From: Chrysemys picta bellii
Taxonomy: Eukaryota
Length of the DNA: 64,000 nucleotides
Direction: 5' to 3'
NCBI RefSeq assembly: GCF_011386835.1
Contig: NC_088812.1
Location: 3,968,001-4,032,000 of the forward strand
Each line of letters starts with the position of its first letter. Positions within the stretch are counted from its first letter, which is position 1. The translations under genes were made by a program, and so were the position numbers. The notes under the pieces are model-generated. The model was given only the letters and a program-made list of their open reading frames with translations. It ran no database searches and was not told where the DNA came from. This document shows, piece by piece, positions 45,090 through 64,000 of this stretch.

Positions 45090-45550
45090 GCCCGAGCCAG
45101 CTGCCTGGAGAGAGATGCCTCCGGTGCCCACGCTGCACCTGTGTGTGATGTACCTCGCCTGGTGATCGGTGTGAGACATGCACCCGTGTCTGTGCGTGGC
45201 ACCCAGGCGCTGTGTGTGTGAGACGTGTTTTGGGCCAGAGCGGTGTGTCTGGGGCATACATGTCAGTATCATGTGGGGTACGGCTGTTGTGCCCGTGTGG
45301 GGGATCGGAGCATGTGCTTTCTCTGTGCGTGTGACGGGTGTGTTTGTGCATCGCATTTGTGTGTGATGGGCATTGTGTGTCCAGATGGTACCTGTATGTG
45401 GTGTGTGTTTAGTACCGGGGCCTGAGAGGGGGGTTGTGTCTGAGCGCTGTTTTGGTGATGGGTGTAGGGTGTGAGTGTGTGTCGGTGGTGTATATGTGTG
45501 ACTCTTTCTGTGTGTGTGTGTGTGTGAGCAGGTTGGTGGGGTATGTGTGT
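45090..45550. repeat. TG-rich low-complexity tract
   Basis: Dense imperfect (TG)n. Confidence 0.8.
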
Positions 45551-45862
45551 CCCCCTTTCTCGAATCACTAGACGCCACTTCCCTTCCAGAGCTGGGATTA
45601 GAACACAGCAGTTCAGGAATCCCAATCCCTCCCACCAACTGCCAGACCCCTTTCACACCCCTCAGCTGGGTTAGAACCCAGGAGACCTGACGCCCAGCCC
45701 CTTTGCTCTAACCACTAGACATCACTCCCCTCTCAGAGCTAGGAATGGAACTGAGGAGTCCCGATTCCCAGCCCCGTCCCACCCGCTCTAACCACTAGAC
45801 CCCACTCCCCTGCCAGAGTTGGGGACAGAACCCAGGAGTCCTGACTCCCAGCCCCCCTGCTC

Positions 45863-45980
45863 TAATCCCTATCAACCTGTGGGTCCGCAGACTATGTCTA
45901 AGATTTCCAAAGGGGTCTGCACCTCCATCCAACATTTTGTAGGGGTCTGTAAATGAAAAAAGATTGAAAACCATTGCTCT
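45863..45980. mobile_element. hAT (Charlie-like) fragment
   Basis: Terminus gattgaaaaccattg followed by ctctagg. Confidence 0.55.
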
Positions 45981-46989
45981 AGGCCTCATGCCCCTCCCAG
46001 AGCTGGGGATAGAACCCAGGAGTCCTGGCTCCCAGCCCCCCCTGCTCTAACCACTAGACCCCACTCCCCTCCCAGAGTTGGGAACAAAACCCAGGAGTCC
46101 TGACTCCCCGTCCACTAGTTTAATCACTACACAGCTAACTTTCCAGAGGCGGCCTTCAAAGAGAGTCAGCGGCTACAAAGCTGTGACGGGGCTGGGGACA
46201 CCTATTGGGGGGCCGTGGACACTAGTCAATGCCCGGCAACAGCACAAAGCATCTAAACTCGGTACGTGTGTGTGAGCTCCAAAGGGGAGTGCAGGTCATG
46301 GGAACATTGGCTGAACATCAGGACCTGGGAGAGTTTGTGGCTGGTTGCACAATCCCCGCCTGATTAGCGACGTGGCAGGCGGAAACAGAGTCATGCAACA
46401 CGCTCCAAGCTGGGCGTTTCGTTCTCACATGCGTCTAGGAACAAAGGCCTTCATCCTCAACACTAGTTAGGTGTCTAAGTCCCCTGGGTCTCACTGGGAG
46501 TTAGGCACCTAAATACATTTGAGGCTTTGAGCCAAAATCCCCTCTCCTGGCTCCAACAATTACTATTGTTATTTATTGGTATTGTGGGGGCGCCTGGGGG
46601 CCTCAGGCAAAGATCAAGGTGCCCATCGCATGAGGTGCTGGACCAGCGCAGAGCAAACGGGTGCTAGAAAGGAGGAGAATCTGGGTGAAGACCGTGTGGC
46701 CTGGCGTTTCTGGGCTAAGACCCAGCCTTGGCTGGTGAATTACAACAGCGTTGAAAGGTCCCGTTAGAGCTGGGGGAAACTCGGGAGTTTTCTGCTGGGT
46801 GAGAAATTCCAGCAGCTTTCCTCCCGAATGGGCTGTTTCCTGCCAAATTTCCTTTGGGAATGGACCATTTCTAGATCCGAAACGCAGGCCTGCATTCGTT
46901 CCTGAGTGAACCGGAGCAGAGCTCTTAGAAAAACCTCCAGTCTTCATTCAAAAATTGCCAGGAATGGAGATTTTGCCCCGGCCCTTTTA

Positions 46990-47160
46990 GGTTGTTCCCA
47001 TAGTTAATTCCCTGCCTGTTAAAATAGAGGCCTTATTTCCAGTTGGGATTTGTCTGAGATTGTCGCCCCTTAACCTTCTCGGTGTTAAACTGAATAGATC
47101 CTGCTCCCGTCTGTTTTCCAATCCTTTCGTCATTCTCATGGCTCTTCTCGTCAGAAAACT
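46990..47160 (-). mobile_element. Degenerate CR1 ORF2 fragment
   Basis: RRAMRMTKGLE...LFSL..RRLRGD resembles the CR1 C-terminal motif. Confidence 0.6.
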
Positions 47161-47204
47161 TTCAACCAGGGCGAGGCCCCAGCTGAGCAGACACACAGCG
47201 AGAG

Positions 47205-47400
47205 AGAGTCCCTGCCTCCGCTGAGATCAGGGCCCTGTTGTGCCGAGCGCTGCACAGACACAGCGAGAGACAGTCCCTGCCCCAGGTGAGATCAGGGCCT
47301 CGTTCTGCCAAGTGCTGCGCAGACACAGTGAGAGACAGTCCCTGCCCCAGGTGAGATCAGGGCCTCGTTGTGCCAGGTGCTGTACAGACACAGCGAGAGA
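47205..47400. repeat. About 59-bp tandem repeat, 3 copies
   Basis: cagacacagcgagagacagtccctgccccaggtgagatcagggcc. Confidence 0.8.
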
Positions 47401-48269
47401 GTCTGTTTGCGTTCATTAAACACACACACACACGGCCTAGGTGCTTATAGCCCGCTGCTCTGGGTGGCTTTTGATGACTTAGGACGCAGTGAGCCGTGCC
47501 CTAGAGCTCACCGCCTATTTAAAGGGATACCGCCCCGTTCCTTGTTGCTACACGATCCCTGCCCCAACAATGTACAGTCTAACTAGACTCAGGCTGCCAG
47601 GGGAGCCTGAACGACAGAGGAGGGACGTGCTGTGCCCCAGGTCACAAGGCAGGCCCAGAACCCAGGTGTCCTGACTGTTTGAGCAGGGCCCTATTCAGCC
47701 CTGGTTCTGGACAGCTGCTAGCTCACTCCTAGAAACTGTCACCTTTCTTCTCCTTCCGCTGCGATGCGCAGCTTGGCTGGAAGGCAACATGGTCCAGTGG
47801 GTAGGGGGTTGAACTGTGTTAAGGTCACCTGGGTTCCAGCCCCACTGACCTGAGGCGAGTTACTTCACCCTTCTGGGCATCAGTTTCCCCCGGCACCCTG
47901 AGTTTATTTAGACTGTAAACTCTTGTCCGTGCAGCGCCTGGCACAACGGGGCCCTGATCTCAGCTGGGGCCACCTTGTTCTTTTCCCCAATCTAGGCTGT
48001 GTCACTGACCCCATAGCCTATCCCCTAGGGGACAGAACCTGTCCCTCCCCTCCTAAGCCCCATGGTTCTCCCTGCCCCTCTCCGCCTGCTGCAGAGCCTG
48101 GAACAGGTGTGCCGCAGTCCTGGGGCTACCCTAACCCAGCCTTCTGCACCCCATACCAGTGGGGCTCTACCATGACCACAGGGGGTGGGGGGTCCCCTGG
48201 AGCCTGCAAGACAGGTCAGTTGCCTGCTCTACCAGACTCCGTGTGATCTTGAACCATCCTCCATCCACC

Positions 48270-48442
48270 AAGGGGGAGAGGGATAGCTCAGTGGTTTGAG
48301 CATTGGCCTGCTAAACCCAGGGTTGTGAGTTCAATCCTTGAGGGGACCATTTAGGGATCTGGGGCAAAAATCAGTACTTGGTCATAAGGCAGGGGGCTGG
48401 ACTTGACTCAATGATCTTTCAGGGTCCCTTCCAGCTCTAGGT
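48270..48442 (+). mobile_element. Turtle-type tRNA-derived SINE with CR1-like tail
   Basis: A box TAGCTCAGTGG, B box GAGTTCAATCC, tail ggtcccttccagctctag. Confidence 0.8.
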
Positions 48443-49147
48443 GTATCTCCATATACACCATAGTGATAGCTTCAGAGCACCCATGGGTGCTATTTGGCCC
48501 CCCATTATGATGGTATTGAAGCACCTAAGAGAACGTGGTCCCGTGGTTAGTGCCGCAGCATGAGTAAGTCTATTAGGGACAACAACCCAGACTCTGGGCA
48601 AGTGAAAGTGGATTTGAGTCCACAGCCTTGTTTCCATCCACCTCCCACCCTACAGAACGGGGGCACATGTTGTTGACTGAAGCCAAGAAGGCCAGACATG
48701 ACCATTATGCATAGAGGGAGGTGAAAATTGGCTTTCCCACCCCATAGGAATTTTGGGGATTAAAAAGATTCCCATTGCACGGCAGGAGGAAAAAATCAGG
48801 ACCTTTGATGTTTTCTGCAAAAAAACCTCCCCAAAGAACCCCCCACCCCGAAAAGTCCATAGCTTGGTCCTGTCTCACCCGCGTCTCTGGGGAGTGCACT
48901 ACCCACTAGGATCTCTTGAAGGTCTTGATATGGACAAATCAGCATATTCCAACCAAAAATGGAAGTCCAAACCTTCCCCACCACCTCTGGGTATTTATTA
49001 ATTGCATTCTATCAATCCATAAGTGCTGTGATCCTTGAATAGAATCTAGGCCCCCCACAGCCCCCAGGCATCCTGTAATGTGCCCATTTGTGGGTGATCT
49101 TTGCGAGAAAGAGGCCAGCACGCTTGCACTTTAATATTATTCAATAT

Positions 49148-49153
49148 TTTATT
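49148..49153 (-). terminator. Probable tubulin polyA signal (alternatives at 49306 and 48994)
   Basis: TTTATT on + in AT-rich context about 585 nt after the stop. Confidence 0.55.
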
Positions 49154-49736
49154 GTGGAAACATACAGACAAACTGTTTCGAAAGCAGAAAGATCTCAGGC
49201 GGGGGATTAGGATTGGGGGGGGGGGATTCCCACCCTGGAGATCAATTCCTCACCCTGCCCCTTCCCACAACCCCCCCCTCCCCATGAGTTCCATGATCCT
49301 CTAGTTTTATTTTAAGCCCAGCACAACAACAAACAAAAAAAGAACAGAGCAGGCGATGAGTTAGTGCATACTCATCTCTGGAAAGAAAGAGAGAAATCAC
49401 ATGACATGAAGACAGACTTCACTGCAGGAGAGCTGTGTTTCTGGAGGGTGAGATGCGGTGGATGAAAAGGGAAGAGACCGACAGTGTTTTTACCTAGACC
49501 TATTACCACTTGCTGCCATTCCCAAACAAGGCCGACAAACCCTCCCACCGCTACACCGACACCTTGAACTTCCCCAACCTACCAGTAGGGGGCAGGGTTT
49601 GCACCAAGCTCTTATCGGTTTCTAGCTGGGTGGAGAACGTTCAAGCCTATGCCAGCAGGGGCAACGTGGTCCATTGGTTCAGTAGGACTGGTGGGCACAA
49701 GGTGCGCGTGTCGGGGGACAGAGGGAACGGGAAGGT

Positions 49737-59046
<9,310 letters not shown>

Positions 59047-59091
59047 GGTCTCGCTCCGTCTGCGGCTCTCCCCTTAATCCTTCAGCGGACT

Positions 59092-59170
59092 CGCATGCGC
59101 CTTTAAATGGAGCCCGGGGGAGACGGGGAGGGGCGGGACAGCCGGAGCCGATGCGCAATTTGCGCATGGG
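59092..59170 (-). promoter_or_regulatory. Tubulin proximal promoter in CpG-rich region
   Basis: TTTAAA TATA-like at 59102-59107, NRF1-like CGCATGCGC at about 59092, GC box GGGGCGGG at about 59130, palindromic ATGCGCAATTTGCGCAT at about 59152. Confidence 0.65.
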
Positions 59171-59267
59171 CCGGAGCTGCCTGGCTGCTCCCCCCACGCG
59201 TGATACACCTCGCTGTGCGCGCCCGGAGCTGCACCCCGGCTCCAGTGCGCCCCGGAGCCCCTCTCCA

Positions 59268-59550
59268 TCCGGCGCGCCCCCCCACGGATGCACCCCGGCG
59301 ACTTCTCCCCCCAAAAGCGCCCCGCAGCCCCGCTCCATGCAGCGCGCCCCCCACGGATGCACCCCGGTTACTTCTCCCCCCAAAAGCGCCCTGCAGCCCC
59401 GCTCCATGCAGCGCGCCCCCCACGGATGCACCCCGGTTACTTCTCCCCCCAAAAGCGCCCTGCAGCCCCGCTCCATGCAGCGCGCCCCCCACGGATGCAC
59501 CCCGGTTACTTCTCCCCCCAAAAGCGCCCCGCAGCCCCGCTCCATGCAGC
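59268..59550. repeat. 69-bp CpG-rich tandem repeat, 4 copies, in tubulin promoter
   Basis: cacggatgcacc at 59283, 59352, 59421, 59490. Confidence 0.95.
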
Positions 59551-60400
59551 CTGCGTACCCCTGCTCCTGTGACTGTCCCTCATGCGCCCTGCACCCACGC
59601 GTGCATCGGGCCCCCCCCGTGCTCCTGCAACTCCTTTGCCCTGCATTCCTCTCCATGCATCCTGTGTCCCTAATAGCTTCTGAGTTCCCAGGCCCTGTCT
59701 TCGGCACCCCAAACTGCCCCAGCACTCAGCGTCTGCACTCTCACCTGCACCCCCATGCATGGTCTGCAGACTCTCCCAGCCTGCTGCACCTTGCCCCCCA
59801 AATTCTCCATACCCTCAACTTCAGCACCACCTGCACCCCACACCCAATAACCCCATGCACTCTGCATCCCTGGCCTGGGCTCACCCAAGACTCCAGCCAT
59901 CCTGGAAGAAAGCTGTGCTCTGCTTACCCCCCAGATGAATGTGGGGTTTATTAAGTTTTCCTTGGGATTTACTGAGGGGGGTGGGGGTCTGCGGTGTGAG
60001 GGGGAAGAGAGGTGGAAAAAAGTGGGGGAGCTCCTATAAGGCTGAGATAGAAAACAGGGTGCAGGGGGTGCCAAGCAGGAAAGATGGGGTACTCTAGAGT
60101 AACAGACCAGGGTGGAGCACAGGGAAAGTAGGCCAAAAGTACCAGGTTTCCCTGAGTACTGCGCTCTGGAGGGAAGTGATACGTCCCAGGGGAACAGCCC
60201 AAGTGCTGGGACTGGATGTATCCTGCCCGCTAGGGAGTGCTGATGACCTCGCTCCTTCACCGTTAGCGTTGCCAGGTAGATCAGACCAGGAAGGGGCCCA
60301 TCTAGGCCAGTACCTGGCCACCTGTTGCTCCAGAATAGGGGATAGGTTCATTTAGATCAGCCTCACCTGTGTGGGGGAGAGGAACTGGTGCCCCTTAGAG

Positions 60401-60945
60401 GAGAAACAACGAGGAGTCTTTGTGGCACCTTAGAGACTAACAAATTTATTTGGGCATAAACTTTTGTGGGCTAGAACCCACTTCATCGGATGCATGGAGT
60501 GGAAAATACAGTAGGAAGATGTATCTATAGCAGTACATGAAAAGATGGGAGTTGCCTTACCCAGTGGGGGGTTGAGACAAATTAATTAAAGTGGGCGATT
60601 ATCAACAGGAGGAAAAAATCACTTTTGAAGTGGTAATCAGGGTGGCTCATTTCAAACAGTTAACAAGAAGGTGTGAGTACCAGTAGGGGCAAATTAGCAT
60701 GGAGAAATTAGGTTTTTTTAAGTTCTTGTAGTGACCCATCCACTGCCAGTCTTTATTCAGGTCTGAATCTTTTCATATACTGTGGTATATATCTTCCTAC
60801 TGTATTTTCCACCCCATGCATCCGATGAAGTGGGTTCTAGCCCATGAAAGCTTATGCCCAAATAAATGTGTTAGTCTCTAAGGTGCCACAAGGACTCCTC
60901 GTTGTTTTTGCTGACACAGACTAACACGCTACCACTCTGAAACCT
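60401..60945. mobile_element. Penelope-like element with long inverted termini
   Basis: Arms at about 60401-60525 and 60790-60910 (cacttcatcggatgcat / atgcatccgatgaagtg); same family end as the 3444 element. Confidence 0.75.
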
Positions 60946-60954
60946 TATAGGAGA

Positions 60955-61210
60955 AAGGCCCCAGAGCCCATTCCCAGCCCCCCTGAGCCAGCCAGTCCCC
61001 CACCCAGAATCTAGATCAGAGCTGGTGCCCCCTGTAGGGGAAAGGCCCCAGATTCCATTCCCAATCCCCCTGAGTCAACCAATCCCCTGCCCAGAATCTA
61101 GATCAGAGCCAGTGTCCCCTACAGGGGAAAGACCCCCAGATCCCATCCCCCACCAGCCAATCCCCCCAACCCGGGGCTGGAGCTGAGCCAGTGCCCCCTA
61201 GAGGGGAAGG
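60955..61210. repeat. Degenerate about 80-bp tandem repeat
   Basis: gtgccccct..aggggaaaggcccca recurs 3-4 times. Confidence 0.7.
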
Positions 61211-61482
61211 CCTCTCATGCCTTTATGTGGATGGAAATTAAAGGCTAAACCACACAGCTCCAAATGATTACAGCTGTACTCCAGCGCCATCCTCGGCCTT
61301 GTTGCTACAAACGAGCCCTTGCTTTGCCTCTGGGTGTTAAATTGTGGGAGTTTCCCCTCTTGATTACCCTGCGCACCCCAAGTGGAAGCCTCAGAAAACA
61401 TAGTTGAGTGACAGTATAAAAACCAGACCAATATGGCAGCATTGGAATTGCTCTGTGCCTTCTCAGTTCTGAGGGTACTAGT

Positions 61483-62847
61483 TGTGACAGTCTGTACCCC
61501 TATGTTCACCCCTTTCATAGACAGGTGATGAATTTTGTACAAAGTATGCCTCATGAGGTATCACCTGAAAACTCATAATTTGCTGAACATTATTGTATTG
61601 ATGAAATATGTGTGGCAGCATTGGGTATAAAGATGTAGAGTTCCACTGTAGGAGACTACTGAGGCCATGTCTACACTAACAAGCTTCCGGTGGCACAGCT
61701 GTATCGTGTAGCCGTGTTATGCCCATGGGAGAGAGCTCTCCCATTGACATCATAAATACAACTCAACGAGTGGGAGAGCGTCTCCCGCCGACATAGCACT
61801 GTGCACATGAGCCCTTATGCCGGCAAAATTTATGTCACTCAGGGGGGTGGTTTTTTCACAACCCTGAGCGAAAAAAGTTTTGCCGACATAAGTGCTAGTG
61901 TAGACGTGGCCTAAGACAGGTTCCAAGCAAGGACAAAGCAGTTGCCTAGAGACAAAAACTGGCCCAGGCCTCAGCCTGGTGTCAATGAAATCCAGCGGAC
62001 CATCACCTAGTTAAGTGGCCGTTCTTTGGCAGGAAAGAGGGTGTGAGCACCAAAATCTACATCTGGACAAAGAAACAGCTGGGAGTTCCCCTCCACTCAG
62101 GCTTTCTGTGTCATCAACCCCAGCTGAAGGTGTTTCTTGAGAGGACGTTAAGAGGAGAAAGCAATCTGCCCAAATGATCTGTTTACCAGTGGTGTAGAAA
62201 AGGGGGTACTGGACTGGGGGAGATCCTGCCCGAAAGAGTCAGCCAGTTTGAGTACAGCTGTTGTAACGGACCGTGAGAGAGTTCTTTGCTTGGTTAAGTT
62301 TGGTATTAGCTGCATTGCACCTTTTATTTCTTTCAGAGTAGCAGCCGTGTTAGTCTGTATCCGCAAAAAGATATTTGTAATTTCTTTGTAACCGATCCTG
62401 ACTTCCATGCCTCATTGCTTGTAATCCCTTAAAATCTCTCTCTCTCTCTGTAGTCAATGCATTTGCTTTGCTGTGTTATCTAAACCAGTGCGTTTGGATT
62501 GAAGTGTTTGGGGAAAGGCCATTTGGGAGAACAGGATTTGGGCATGTCTTTTTCTATTGATAAATGATGGATTTTCTATGAGCTCGTGTTGTCCTGGAGG
62601 GTGCTGGGCAGTGCAAGACACACATTTCTGGGGGAAAGGCTGGGCCTGGGAGTTTGCTGGCGTTGCCTTGCTGTGTAACTCACAAGTGGTTGGCTCGAGC
62701 ACTCACACAGAATCGCGGGGAGTGATTTACATGCTGGCGGCTGGGTGTGAGCAGACCAGGAGTGGCAGCGAAGCCGTGTAAAAGACCCCCCAGACTGGAG
62801 AATTGAGAGAACCCAACAATCCAAATCATACCCTGGGTAATGGGACA
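61483..62847. mobile_element. Solo LTR-like element carrying nested insertions
   Basis: Starts TGTGACAG, AT-richer than flanks, ends near gggaca; contains a Harbinger MITE and a Penelope-like end (about 62335-62370). Confidence 0.5.
61663..61911. mobile_element. PIF/Harbinger-type MITE
   Basis: TIR ggccatgtctacacta / tagtgtagacgtggcc; 3-bp TWA flanks tga/taa. Confidence 0.8.
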
Positions 62848-63057
62848 CCGATTCACCAGAAATGGGGTCTTCTGATCCCTGTAGGATCCCCAGGCTACCC
62901 CCCTGCCCAGGCCAAGCCCCTGTCATGGAGGAGGCAGAACTTGCCCCATGAAGTAGCCTGTCCCTTCATTGCTCCTGGGGCCTGTTCCCTGCCCAGGAGA
63001 CTGTTCATGGCAGGCTCCTGTGGGCATCTCCAAGGTTAGCACCCCCTGCTGCCAGTC

Positions 63058-63800
63058 TAGTGCATGCTGGGAACTGGCCACCCCCAGTGCGTGGTGCCCC
63101 CTCTAGTCCTATTCACCCAAGTACATGCTGGGAACTGGCCACCCCACAGTGCATGGTGCCCCCTCTAGTCACATTCACCCCTGTGCATGCTGGGAATTGC
63201 CCACCCCATAGAGCCTGGTACCCTTACAGCCTGTTCACTCCAGTGCATTCTGGGACTCCAAGTGCATGCTGGGAATCTCTCATACCACAATGCACAGAGC
63301 CCACTGTATCCAGGGTGCTGAAACCAACGGGGCAGCCGGTGTTCTGGGGTGGGGTGGGGGCTACTGGACCGGCTGGCGAGGGCAGCTGTGAGGGGATGTG
63401 CAGTGCAGGTGTTGCAGGCCTTGGTTTCTCACAGCCCCTCCTGGCTGCTGTACATGGGGCCAGGGCCTCTAGGCTTATTTGGGCTGGATGGAGAAAGGCA
63501 GCTGGATTGGAATCTTAGCACTAAGGCCCCTCAGGACAGTCCCCTCACCTACCCCAAACCAGCCCTCCGCCCCCCACATCTGCCCCAACCACCCGGGACA
63601 GCTGCCTCCGACCTGCCCCAAACTATCCCACCTGATCCAAACAACCTGGGAGAGCCCCCCCCCCCAAACCTGCCCCAAACTATCCCTCCTGCCCCAACCA
63701 CCCAGGACAGCCCCCCTCCCCCACATCTGTCCCAACCACCTGGGGCAGCTGCCTCTGACCCACCCCAAACTATCCCACCTGCCCCAACCACCCGGTGATA
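63058..63800. repeat. Two short degenerate minisatellites (63058-63290; 63540-63800)
   Basis: gtgcatgctgggaa units; ccccaaccacc/ccccaaactatccc units. Confidence 0.7.
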
Positions 63801-64000
63801 CCAGTCAGCTCTGTGTTCTTGGGGAACCAGGGCGCAGTATCCAGCCTGACTCATGAAGGACACCCCCCTCCCCACCTCTGCTTGAACCAAAACCAATCGG
63901 AGAAAAGACTTGCAGAGAGCAATGAAGGGCATTGGGAGACACACCTAGACCCCTCCTGACAAGGGTGACAAGATGAAGACATCTCCATTAGCATACAGAA

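Noticed and set aside
48270-48350. Functional tRNA gene (also 23850-24135)
   Set aside because: No clean cloverleaf; continues into a CR1-like tail or is interrupted, consistent with SINE origin.
59820-59836. REST/RE1 site upstream of the tubulin gene
   Set aside because: Only the left half (TTCAGCACCAC) matches; GGACAG is absent.

Overview
GC-rich vertebrate genomic DNA, most likely a turtle microchromosome. The evidence is turtle-type CR1 3' fragments, tRNA-head/CR1-tail SINEs and Penelope-like hairpins. Three spliced genes can be reconstructed by hand, in the same order as human 19p13.3. (1) CRB3 (+; 3 coding exons, 107 aa, ends ERLI). (2) DENND1C (-; 22 exons that join in frame plus one candidate cassette exon; 874 or 906 aa). 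(3) A class IV beta-tubulin, TUBB4A by synteny (-; 4 exons, 444 aa, with a 360-N gap inside exon 4). Non-coding space is packed with minisatellites and small mobile elements, and most long ORFs in the track are repeat or antisense artefacts. Best leads: a candidate alternative CRB3 C-terminus ending in a class I PDZ motif (TEL*) instead of ERLI; two tandem arrays multiplying a near-consensus CTCF motif; a DENND1C cassette exon followed by QKI and RBFOX motifs; an array of 5-nt-spaced double E-boxes; a coding VNTR in the DENND1C tail; and a TATA/Inr promoter-like element inside tubulin intron 1. All motif and family assignments come from reading the sequence and from memory of consensus sequences; no searches were run.
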